Source: Felis catus (taxonomy: Eukaryota). Taken from it: 64,000 nt of DNA. The stretch is from the NCBI RefSeq assembly GCF_018350175.1, contig NC_058368.1, forward strand, positions 178,686,001 to 178,750,000. The letters are read 5' to 3'. Position numbers and translations under genes: made by a program. The notes below the pieces were generated by a model, which worked only from the letters and a program-made list of their open reading frames with translations, did not search any database and was not told where the DNA came from. Within the stretch, counting starts at the first letter, position 1. Each line of letters begins with the position of its first letter. Shown one piece after another: positions 23,216 through 34,460 of the stretch.

Positions 23216-26200
23216 GTTGGTTCATGGAAGTTACCTGTGTCTCTTCAGGTAAGCCATTAGCTCCTTAAGGACAGAGGCCACATTCTTTGACACCTCTGAT
23301 ACTTGGTGTGAGCCTAGGCACATAGGAGACCTGTGGGAGTACCAGAGTCCACCTTCCCTGACCCAGGGCATGGGAGTGGCCACTCTGTACCCACATTCAA
23401 CAGTCACCCTGATACTCACAGTCTTCCCCTCCATGCCCACAGGCTGACCTTCTTGGCCCAGGGCTCCCAAGCACATATACCTCCTTCAGAACCAGTCTGA
23501 TGCCTCTCACAGCAATGCAGAGAAGTCCTGGGCCAGCCACAGCAGTTAGGGGGCAAAGCTGGGAGATCACAGGCAGATCAGATCCCTCTGACACTGGTCA
23601 TGTTGATTTCCTTAACTGCCAAACAGAGACACTGCTGTCTACCTCACAGGGCCACTAAGTGGGCACATGTGTGTGGAAGTGCCACTTGAAGTAGAAAACA
23701 CAATACTATACAGTAAGAGTGAATTTAATCATTTAATGGAATTAACAAGGGCCTGTGTTACCTGGGACCCCTTTTCCCTCTCAGGACCTTCAATTTCTTT
23801 ACCCATTAGATGAAAAGTTGAGCTAGAGTTCCCTAAGATGCCTTCTGTCTTAAACCTTCTTGGATTCTAAGGTGCTGGAATATGAGAGAAAGGGCCTGAT
23901 GATCCAGAATTAGAAAAAAATTTGGGTGATTTTTTAGAGAACAACTGACTTCTCTGAAAGTTCTCTTCCTGAGTAAAGGATTCAGCTCTAGTTGTGAGAA
24001 CAAACCAATGTTTTTGCATTAATAGCCTTAAATCTGCCACTCTTTCCAAGCCTGTCATGGAAAGTACTAGAGCTCCTTTCTTCTCATGTGCTGGCTGGTG
24101 CTATGTGGCACGTCTTTTGCTGGACTAGATCTTTGACGGGTCCCCATTACTGGAAGAGCAGGAACAGCCTCCCCTTTTGAAAAAGCCGATAGTTCAGTTC
24201 AAATGACTCTTTGTGGGCCCTGTCACTCAACAAAGGATTCCTGAGGGCCCAGGTGTGTTAGGGGCTTTATAAGTGTTGTCTCTCTCTGCCTGTGCTGGAA
24301 GTCTTAGACCACAATTTAAGATGGAGAAATGGCTCAGTGAGGTGTGTAAATGATCAAGTTGGAGCTAAATCACCAGGTCCTCCTTCTTGCTCTAATAGGC
24401 CCTGCACTAGGCCCAGGGGATTCCAAAATAGTTCAGTCACACTTGAATTCTTAGAGGCCGGGAAGCGAAAGCAATAGTTTAATATTTATTGAAGAGAAAC
24501 CCAAGGCTGTCAAGGTTGTCACTAACTCACCATCTCGTTCAACTCCCTCATTTTACTGATGAGCCAACAGGGGTCCAGAGAAGTGGTCTGACTTGCCTGG
24601 AGTGACACAGCCAGCTGGCTGCCGGCAGGAGCTGTTACCCAGGCCTCCTGACTCCCAGATTGGGGCTTTCACGGCCAGAGCATGCCCTGGGGCAGAACAG
24701 GGACTGTGGCCAGAAACAAGGAAGTGTGGAATTAGGAACAAGGCTATATTTCCAAATCACTGTCTCCAGCATGCCGGCTGGGAGCGAAGAAGAAGAATGG
24801 CGTTCTGGGAACCAGTCAGCAGAAACCATTTCATAACTGCCCTTAAAATAGTACAATGCTGTGTCCTTTTCCTGTGACCTCTGGCAGACTGCAGGACAAA
24901 TCTCAGAACAACCATTTTGTGAGACTGCATTTCCTTGCTCCCACCCCCCACCACCCCCACACACCCTCGTGTCAATGTAAAGACCCAAGGACCTCAGAGT
25001 AGCAATTCCGATTTTGTAATCGGTACCAACTCCATTTGCTATTTGGTCCCAAACCCTCTTTGTTTTGAAAAATCTTGGCTAACTATTAGGTTGTGTTTAT
25101 TAATCAGTCCCCAGTTATTTCCCCCATTCTGTCATTCTCAAAGACAGAACCTCCAGATCAGTGTGAGGTGATCAGTGAATCGGTGGACACTGGCAAGTGC
25201 CCTGACTGCCCACCAGCCGTCAGGGCTCATGCCGGGTAAGCATGCATCCATCTTGGCTCCTTGGATCTTCCCACCAACCCTGGGAGGTCAGTACCCATTT
25301 TCCCCACCTCAAGTGCAGTGAGCAGTGTTCAGGAAGGCCATCGTGCCAGGACACGGCAGAGCCAGGAAATCTGAGCCCTGAGCTGTGCTGGCAAGGCTCC
25401 CCCATTAGCCTGGGCATCTTACCACCATCAGAAAGAGCACGCAGGCACTCTGAACCTAGCCCCTGACTGCCTCTAGGGGAAGCCCTTCTAGAGTCTGAGG
25501 TGTCTGAGGAGCTGTGGAGGGGCAAGGTAAGATCCAGGAGGACCCCCAGCCATCCCGGGAACACTGGACAGGGCCACACAGGGCTCCTCAGCAGTGGGCA
25601 TGGTGACTGCTCAGCCAACAGGACACAGGCTTTGCACAAGCGGGCACATTCCCACAGATGACCCAGGAGGCAAGACGATAGGATGGGGTTTGCAAGTCAG
25701 ACCCAGACTGGCCCATCTCATAGCTGTGTGAACTCGAGCCTTGCTTTTCTCACCTGTAAAATGGGGCCAATACAAGCTACCTCAGTGTTACTTCAGATGA
25801 TCTGGTGAGAGAGGTGTTGCCTGATGCCTGGAAGATAGTTAGGGCTTAATAATTGAGAGCTGCCCTTCTTGATGCAGGGCGGGTGTTCCTCTGAGTCCCC
25901 CTTGGCCTCAAACTTGGAATATTTGATTTCTGCTTCACCCAGAGTCTGCAGCACAGTAAGACTGTCGGCGGCTGTGGCCCAGGTCATCTGCACTGGCCTC
26001 TAGAGCAGCCCTCTGTGAGCCACTGACGCCCGTTGCCAATCGGGGTAGAAGCATGCCTGCTCCATGCCACAACCTGGGGCGGCCCCCATGCCAGGACAAT
26101 GGTGTTGGAACACTGACCTAGAGAAGCTTAGGGAAGATTTAATGAAGTAATATAGGGAAAGGACAGTGCCGGGCTCATAATATGTGCTCAGTCAAACTTA

Positions 26201-26547
26201 GCCGTAATCATAAGAATTATTATCTCCTAGTGGCCAAGTAATATCTTATTCTCTCAAAGGCCATGTAGGGGTGCAATCATCACTTTCCCATTTTACAGAT
26301 GGGGAAGTCAAGGGGAGTGGCAGGAACCTCCCCAACACACAAGGTGTAGATCCTTTCACTTGCACCCCGTGGCCATCCAGGTGGCTCTGGCTGGGCTCTG
26401 GGCACCCAGTGGGCAGTGGTGAGGTGGTGCCTTGTGCGGGAGCAGAACCGCTCAAGGCTCTTCGACCTCCCTCACCCTCCCGGCCATTCCAGACTTTCCC
26501 CGGCCACTTCCAAGCACGCCAGGACTCAGGCGCAAAGCTGCAAGAGC

Positions 26548-26566
26548 TGGCCTCCAGGGGGCAGCA
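26548..26566 (+). promoter_or_regulatory. CTCF core motif (candidate insulator site)
   Basis: tggcctccagggggcagca closely matches TGGCCACCAGGGGGCGCTA; GC-rich non-repeat context with several CpGs. Confidence 0.45.
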
Positions 26567-28578
26567 GGAGCCTGGGAAACTCTAGGCTGGCTGGACTAGG
26601 AATCCGAGTGCCACAGAAGGCTAGCCAGGGTGCCCTGGGGGGAATGCTGACCGGCTGAGGGCCATGCTGCCTGTACCTGGAGCTGAACTCAGGGCTGGGA
26701 TGCAAGAGAGGGGGAGGACGGGAGAGCACTGAATTCAGATGCTCGGCCTCCTCCCGAAATCCGCTCTCCCTGGCCAGCTTGTTTCTGGTCTGCTCAGTAA
26801 ATAGGGGCTGCACTGATCCAGGTACCATGGGGGATTAAATGTGCACATTCCCAGCCCTCCAGAAAGTGAGGGAGGCCAGTGCAGCCTGGGGAGTGCAGGA
26901 CCAGGGGGTTCAGGTGGGGGGTGTGAGGTGCATCATGACAGAGTCTGTCAGAGAGGGCATCTTCTAAGCCACCAAAGACCATGCAGAGACCAGGATGTTC
27001 CTTAGAACTGCACCTGGACCCCTCTGGCCTCTGCCTAAGGAACTTGCTCACCACCTTGTGGTTCTAGGGTCCGTGAAGGGCCAGATTCCTGGGACTTCCC
27101 CAAGCTTTGGAGTCAGAAGGTCTGTAGTTTTAGCCAGTTGTCCAGGGGACCTTTGCGCAGGCTCACATCCGACAGCCTCTGCTCTGAGGCCACAGAAGGG
27201 ATGAATACAGCTGTTTATCGATCTCTCCTTGCCAGGCCCTGAGCTAAGTGCTCTTTAGATACCACTTTATGTATTCCCCCCCCCCCTTCACAATATTCCT
27301 TCGTCTGTTCTTTACAAATAACGACCTGGACTATGGCTCAGAGAGGTGAAGCGATGTGTCCAAGGGCACACAGCACTTAGTGCCTGAAGCAGGATCAGAA
27401 CTCAGGGCAGTGTGGTTCTAGAGCATGCCTGCTTTCACTCTCCATGTAACCAACCAAGCATGGGTTAGAGAAGCAGCAAAGGCTGTGCCTAGCCCATGGC
27501 CAAGGGAAGGAGCCAGGATAACCTTGGACTCACGAGAGGGGCCTATCTTGGACTCTGCAGCTTGGGGCCTGGCACATAGCAAACACTGAAATGCTTAGAC
27601 TTCTGTTTTTTAACATTTGGAGATAACAGGGAGAGCAAAGCTTTCTGTTCTCCCTTCCACCCCGGTCCCTGCCAGAGATGGTTCTGTCCTCCTGGTCAGA
27701 CCAGAGTCCATGTGGCTCTGGTCTCAAACCCTGTGCATCTTGGCAGGAAAGGGGGTGGGGGTGGGAAGAGAAGGGTCTGGGTCTAAGGTTCCCTGGCAAT
27801 CTGTTTTCCGACTCCTGAGCTCCTTGGAAGCTGGACTTCCAGATCTATCTCCTTCAGTGTCATTATCTGAAACATAGATCTCTGGCGTCTGGTCTCACTG
27901 GCAGTTTGCAAGTATTCTGTGAGATCATGTGGGAGGAGAGAGGTCTGCAAACCCAGATGCGCAGTTCAAATGTCTACTATTACTCAGGACAACTGCTCAG
28001 AAATTGGGATCAGTGTGGGGCCATCAGAGGATGACCATCTCTCTACCCCACTAGTCAAATAAGATTCAAATAGTCCACTGGAATGGGCCTGTGGCGGCCT
28101 CTAGCTCTGTTAGCTTAGACGGCCTCTCTCATCTGTGCCCCCTCACCCTCTCTAATCTGTCTCTTTCTTCACCATTCAAATTAGTTATTTGAATGACCAG
28201 AAGCCCAAAGTTCCTTCCCGGGCCCAGTGGCCCCCAACTTGCCCAAGAACTCTCTTCCCTCGGGCTTCTGCAAACTGAGAAATTCCAAGATTCCCACCGT
28301 GCTCAGGTCGCTCCTTTGGCCACCTGACACTGCCTGCTCAACACAGGGGGCCCACAGGTCATCAGCGAAGCACCCACTTCTCCCCAGCCTGCGGAGACAA
28401 GAAAGAAAGAGGCCACATGTGCATCCTTAGGCTTCCTAGACAGGTGCATCTCTTCTGTGCTTTGGCCAAAGGTGGACTTAGAATGTTGATGGAACAGTCA
28501 CAGGGAAAAGAAACACACAGAGATAGTAATAATGCTGACGGTTCCTGAGCAGAGAAATGACCTTCAGATGCTACTCAC

Positions 28579-28659
28579 CTGTGGTGGCACCAGATCCCTT
28601 TCACCTTTGGAATCTCTCTGGTCTTCCTGTTCCAGAACATCTTCAGCTCATGGCTCAAC
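28579..28659 (-). other. Candidate 81-nt exon (transcript unknown)
   Basis: Minus strand ttgcccctgcag|GTTGAG...CCACCACAG|gtgagt: consensus donor, plausible acceptor, purine-rich body; no recognised protein. Confidence 0.25.
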
Positions 28660-29304
28660 CTGCAGGGGCAACTATGACATGGTGACAGCTCACTGGCTCC
28701 TTAGAGATGGGCTCATGTCTCAGAATCCCCCAATTTGGGCAAGTGCTTTCCTCTCTCGGTGCTTCCATTTGCACATCTGTAGGATGGGCTCTCCCTACCC
28801 CTGCTCCCCTGATCTCAGATTAGTGGGAGGGTCTGATGAGATGGCCTGTAGATGTGAATAGCACACGTGGGCCCCACCCTCTTGCCGAATCTCCAGGCTT
28901 TCTAGAATGTTGTTAATTGGTAGTGAATAAATCTCTGACTCCTCAAATAAAGATAAAAAGACTACTTTCATTTGACTTGACCCTGCAATTCTGGGACTCT
29001 AACCAGTAGAAATGAAAACGAAGGATGCAAGGATATGGATGATTATCACCACGCTGGTTGTATTTGTTACGAGGGGACTAGAAGAACCCTACAAAACTAA
29101 TATGCATCACTAATGGAGAGGCTGAATAAACTATGGTATGACGACCACTCTGTTGGATTAAGCAGCTATGACAATAAAGAATGTTTTCTTTTTCTTTTGA
29201 TCTAGAGAGACAGCCATGATGCATTCAGTAAAAAATACATGTAGGGATATATGTATAGTGTTATTTTAAAAAATATGCTTCCTTTCCCCTTTACACACAC
29301 AAAT

Positions 29305-29332
29305 TGTGTGTGTGTGTGTGTGTGTGTGTGTG
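29305..29332. repeat. (TG)14 microsatellite
   Basis: Seen directly. Confidence 0.95.
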
Positions 29333-29558
29333 AGAAACGAGATAATGTCAGAAGGCCAGTGCACAAAAAACTCTTCAGTGAATGAAATGAGAGAATTAAG
29401 TCTGATAATCCTACCATTTCCCTCTCTCAAAACGGGAAGTGTTTTCATATTGCAGACTCTCTACCCTATGATTACCTCTGAGAGAGCGGATAAAGCCAAC
29501 ATTGTCACTCATTTCTAATCTGGGGCTTGTCAGCCTCAGGCCAAGATCAAAATAGAAG

Positions 29559-29559
<1 letters not shown>

Positions 29560-29601
<42 letters not shown>

Positions 29602-29614
29602 CGCGTGCACGCGT
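29560..29614. repeat. (GT)16(GC)6 compound microsatellite, alternating purine-pyrimidine tract
   Basis: 55 nt of uninterrupted purine/pyrimidine alternation. Confidence 0.95.
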
Positions 29615-29939
29615 CTGTTTGGAGGAAGGAGGAGGGAAAGGTATCACCTATTAGATACCTTCTGCATATCTAGGAACATGCAAGGTGTCTTCACACACGT
29701 GCCCCAGTTCAGTGAATACAGACACAGCCCTGCAGTGAAGAGATTAGCCTCATTTTATGAACAAGGACAGTGAGGTGTAAAGGGTTTGTGACCGTCTTGC
29801 TGAAGATTACCCCCTCAAAGGCTGAGCCGGAGGCAAATAAGCCATCTGATTCCAAGTCAATTCGGGGTGGTCCCAAAGGCCCCACACTGGAAAGCTTCTG
29901 CTCTGAAACAATACTAGTTTGATAAGAGCAGAAATAGAG

Positions 29940-30165
29940 AGATTGCCAACATTTATTGAGCCTCAGCTCCATCCTGGCCAGACCCTTTGTACCTACTTCA
30001 CATGAATATCTCAGTTAATCCTCCCAAGGACCCAAAGGTAGGAACCACTATTATTCCCATTTAACAGATGAGAAAACTGAGTCAAAGGAGGATAAATTGT
30101 GGAAGAACCCAAACTCAAAAAGTGAAGAAAAGACATTTGAAGTCAGGCAGTCTGACTCTGGAGGC
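29940..30165 (-). mobile_element. MIR SINE
   Basis: ccaacatttattgagc...cccatttaacagatgagaaaactgagtc...caggcagtctgactctggag. Confidence 0.8.
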
Positions 30166-30589
30166 TGCCCCTTCGAGCCCCTGGGGACACGGCGGATTGT
30201 TGCCATGGCCCGGGCACTGGAACTCCCCAGCCAGCATGCCCTTTCCATGTAGCCAGGCTGATGTCAGTCCCCGGCACTGCTTGAAAGGAGCAAAGCCAGA
30301 TGGGAGGAGGCTGTGAGGCTTAGGGCGCTCTGGTTTTCCTCTCACTTGCCTTGGCTGGTTTTAGTGAAGCTTGTAGGGGTGACTTTGGCCTTTCTCTAGG
30401 TCATCTCAGAGCATCTCTGTTCCGACATCCTCTTGGACCTCCTGTGGCCCACTCCCTGGAAGTACAGCCCCAGCTACCCAGGCCTCAGGGGCAGTGACGG
30501 CCAGCTTTCTCAAGGGTTTTGCTCAGGATTGGGCTACCTTCCTTTTTTTGGGCTTCAGCCATTTCTTTCCCACCAGGACCATTTTTGTC

Positions 30590-31130
30590 ATTTCTCATAA
30601 TCACCTGAAACATATTTACTCTTTGAATTTAAATCATCTTACTGTTTAAACAGGGGCATCTGGGTGGCTCAGTTGGTTAAGCATCAGACTCTTGGTTTCA
30701 TCTCAGGTCATGATCTCATGGTTTGTGGGTTCGATTCCTGCATTGGGCTCTGTGCTGCCAGAGTGGAGCCTGCTTGGAGTTCTTCTCTCTCTCTCTCTCT
30801 GCCTCTCCCCTGCTGTCTCTCAAAATAAATACATAACCTTAAAAAAATTAAACACACACACACACACACACAACAACCAAAAACCCCCAAAACAAAAAAT
30901 AAACTTTGTTTTTAAGAGGAAATCTATATCACTTCTACAAACAGAAAAGCAGTGTGGCTAACCATGACTAGAAGGTTACTGTAAAATAAAGGTGATAAAG
31001 CAGAGCAAAGCCATTCAATCCCCGAGACACTGCAGCCTGCAGAGGTGCTGAGCTTAACAGGCCCACCCTCTCTCTGTTAAAATGAGAGAGAGAGCATTGG
31101 AGAGGCACCAGCTGAAGGCCTGAGAGAGGC
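30590..31130. mobile_element. Ancient hAT-Charlie-type relic, opposite orientation to 14870-15530, interrupted by a SINE
   Basis: aaataaactttgtttttaagaggaaatctatatc...ctctctgttaaaatgagagag...ggagagg resembles the reverse complement of the 15 kb relic. Confidence 0.35.
30653..30850 (+). mobile_element. Felid Can-SINE, older subfamily, followed by (AC)n
   Basis: ggggcatctgggtggctcagttggttaagc...caaaataaatac; (AC)~10 and A/C-rich sequence continue to about 30899. Confidence 0.93.
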
Positions 31131-31170
31131 CTGAGACACCCCCATGAGCCTGGGTGCCTTGATTATTTTT

Positions 31171-31615
31171 AAATTTTTTTAACGTTTATTTACTTATTTA
31201 TTTATTTTTAATTTTTTTTAACGTCTATTTATTTTTGAGACAGAGAGAGACAGAGCATGAACAGGGGAGGGGCAGAGAGAGAGGGAGACACAGAATCTGA
31301 AACAGGCTCCAGGCTCTGAGCCATCAGGCCAGAGCCTGACGCGGGGCTCGAACTCACGGACCGTGAGATCATGACCTGAGCCGAAGTCGGACGCTTAACC
31401 GACCAAGCCACCCAGGCGCCCCAACGTTTATTTATTATTGAGAGACAGAGCACAAACGTGGGAAGGAGAGAAGGGGGGAGACACCGAATCCGAAGCAGGT
31501 TCCAGGCTCCCAGTTGTCAGCACAGAGCCCAACGCGAGGCTCGAACCCATGACCCGTGAGATCATGACCTGAGCAGAAGTTAGACGCTTAACCGACTGAG
31601 CCACCCAGGTGCCCC
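31171..31615 (-). mobile_element. Felid Can-SINE (outer element, tail interrupted by a second SINE)
   Basis: Body 31423-31615 ending ccacccaggtgcccc; TSD gattattttt at 31161-31170 and 31617-31626. Confidence 0.92.
31193..31422 (-). mobile_element. Felid Can-SINE (inner, younger element)
   Basis: Full-length body ending cccaggcgcccc; TSD aacgtttattta at 31181-31192 and 31423-31434. Confidence 0.95.
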
Positions 31616-32179
31616 AGATTATTTTTTAATAATAAGAAAAATTTACATGGTATTTGACAATAATAATGATAGTGATGATGATGATGAAGACTTTCCCAAG
31701 ACAATGTGGCCTCCCCATGTGCCATCCTGCCGAGGGTCCAGGTGTCCTGCCTGGGCATTTGGAAGGCAGCTGAGGTGAGCAGGTCGGAGCTGGGGCTGCT
31801 TCTCCTCAGGGTGGGGGGTGGTTTTCAGTGCAGCAGGTCAAGATGTGGGAGGACACGAAATCAGTTCTAGCTCCAGGACTTGCAGAGCTAAGGAGGCAGC
31901 ATAGCTCATCCCGGATTGTGAACGTTCTAGCAGGCCAGAACTTGCCAGAGGTTGATCTTTGGCAAGTAACTCAAACCCTTCTGAGCTTTCCTGGGGAGAA
32001 TACAACCTACCCTGAAGAGCCACTGCGAAGCTCACAGAGGTGCTACCCCGTGGTGCTCGGGTCCACAGTGTAACTGCGGCGTCTCGACAAGCAACTGTCT
32101 GTGCGAGGTTGGGCATGTGACTCTCCCCTCATGGACCTGGGTCCTCTTACTAGCAAATCAAGAACCTGCTTAGATTGGA

Positions 32180-32350
32180 GGTCCCTAACTACACCCACTG
32201 GAGAAACCCAATCTTCACACGTGTTTTGTAGGCTACAGAGTGTTTTCTGATTGGCTGCCAACATTTAAAAATCAGATACTTGGAATTAGAAATCCAAGTT
32301 TTGCATGTCTCCTGAAAAATCAACAAGTCCAACCACATTGGGCCCACATG
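32180..32350. mobile_element. hAT-Charlie MER102-like fragment
   Basis: gccaacatttaaaaatcag...aaatccaagtttt...cctgaaaaatcaacaagtccaaccacattgggcccacat resembles the remembered MER102 consensus. Confidence 0.55.
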
Positions 32351-33429
32351 GTATCTTTGCTGAACACTGGTTAGGGACTGCCCAGAGATGGAACTCACCG
32401 ACATGGGTTTTTTAGCCATTTAAGTTATTGGGTGTTTCCTATTCACAGCAGCTATATTTTACAGGTGAGGAAACTGAGGCATGGAGAGGCTAACTTAATA
32501 ACTGACCCCAGGTCATACAAAGATGGATGGAGATCCAGGACTGGAAGCCATTCAGTTTGGCTTTATGCGTCTTTATTTCATCATGCTGCCTCTCAGCCAG
32601 GGAGCCCTGACCGTGCCTGATGCTGGGGTGACACACAGGGGCAGAGTGAGGCTCCCAGGATAGGGTCTCTCAGTCCTTCCTTGGCTGAGGAGGCAAGGGT
32701 GAGCTCTACTCTGCCTCTCCCTCCCCATCCAAGCCAGAGCTGCCAGGATGGAATGTACAGGAGCTCACTGAAGGTGAGTGAAGTCAAGCCTCCCCCTCTA
32801 ATGATGGCTGGCGTTGACCCTGAGGGCAGCCCCTGCCCAGGCCGGCCCCCAGCGGCCCCCAGGGTGCAGGGCTCTCCATGCACTTGCTCTCTGTTTTGGC
32901 TTGGCAGAGGTGCATACCTGGTTCCCCAGTTTCTCCAGCCCTCCTGTTTACTCTGCAAATAGCCAAATGCTCCACACTGTCATTTAGAGGCCAGGGGGTG
33001 GCTGCCTCAGGGCACCAGGCGGCCTGGGCCTGTTCGAGCTATCCTGGGACCTGCCTCACACACACGCGCCCAGAGCCCATTTGCCTAGGAGTTAATGGGC
33101 CCCCACCCCCCTGCAAGGTGCAGACACGAGCCAGGGAGGCAGCCAGGGAAGGCGGAGGGGAGGGTGTGTGGGAAGGGGGTGCTGCTGGGCTCTGGCTGAT
33201 TCAGCTCCTTTTGAGCCCTGTGACCTTGAATCTCTGAGGCATGGTGCCTCAGTTTCCCCATCAATAGTTGACCTTCCAGAACTCTGGAGAGAAACAGACT
33301 CATGGATTAAGAAGATTCTGGTGAGGCATCTACTGTAGGCACGGCAGTGGGACGATAGCCACAATATTTAACATTTATCGTAGTTAGAAACGTTCAACAC
33401 CAGGTATTGGACTGAACCTTTGAAAATTG

Positions 33430-33600
33430 GTCATTGAAGTGTATACCACATTTCAGAAAAGTGTACAAATTATAAATATTTCACTCAAAGAGTTTTCATA
33501 CACTCAGATGCCTGTGCAGTTAGCACCCAGATCGTGAAGCAGCACGCCAGGAAAAGTCCTCACACACTCCTCTGGCCACTACCCACCACCTGCCTCGCAT
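33430..33600 (-). mobile_element. Ancient L1 (L1M) 3' terminal fragment
   Basis: attgaagtgtatac...cagaaaagtgtacaaattataa...gcacccagatc. Confidence 0.55.
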
Positions 33601-34139
33601 TATCTCTTCATCCCCCACCGCAGTTCCAAGAGTAGGCACCAGACCATCTCTTTCATTAATGAAAGAACAGGGACCTAGAGTGGTCAGCCACACCAACTAG
33701 GCCAAGACCTGAACCCAGGTCCCTTTCCTCCAGATCCTTCATGTTAACCGCTGTCCTGGGGAAACGGTAGACATAGGCTAAGGTCCACATAAGGTCTTAA
33801 AACATACACATCCTTGTTTTCTAGTCACTGTATTTTCAACACTGTGTCTTCATCACCTCCTCCAGGCTGGCCACTTTGTACGCCCTAGCGTCTCCTTTGT
33901 TGATGGAAAGAGCGAGCACATCAGATAACACTCAGGATCTTAGTAACTCACCAAGTTCTGCCTGCGGGCCTGGGATGCTGGGATGCGGTATGGTCTCAGA
34001 TCCAGCAGCCTTCCATGACTCCTCCAGGTCTACAATTCCACTCAGCCCAGAAAAGGGAATTAGGAGGCTCTGGGAACAGCTGCTACATAGCCCTGGATTC
34101 ACAGCAGGTCACGATGCCTCTCTTAAGCTTAAAAACATG

Positions 34140-34460
34140 GTAGTGGGATGTTTTTGGCTTCACATAATAAAAGACCTGGCAAAAGTGACTTGGGCTGAGA
34201 CTTCATTTACTCTCCCACATTATAAGAACTCTGGAGCCATAAAAGTTCCTCGTGTCTCTTTGATCTTTTGCACATTGGTTCGTCGTGGGCTTGCTCCTTC
34301 ATTGCACCGTGGGGTCTGTAACTGCCAGCGTCAGAGTTACCCACATCAATGTCCAGCCAAAGAAGCATGTTTTCTTCCATGAATGGATTACATGTGCATG
34401 TACAAGGAAGCTTGGGAAAGACAATATCTTGCTTTTCTTGTTTCCATGATGGGAAATAGG
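34140..34460 (-). mobile_element. Old MaLR LTR (MLT1J/K-like), degraded
   Basis: gggatgtttttggcttcacataataaaagacc...tacaaggaagcttgggaaag layout; weak similarity. Confidence 0.4.
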
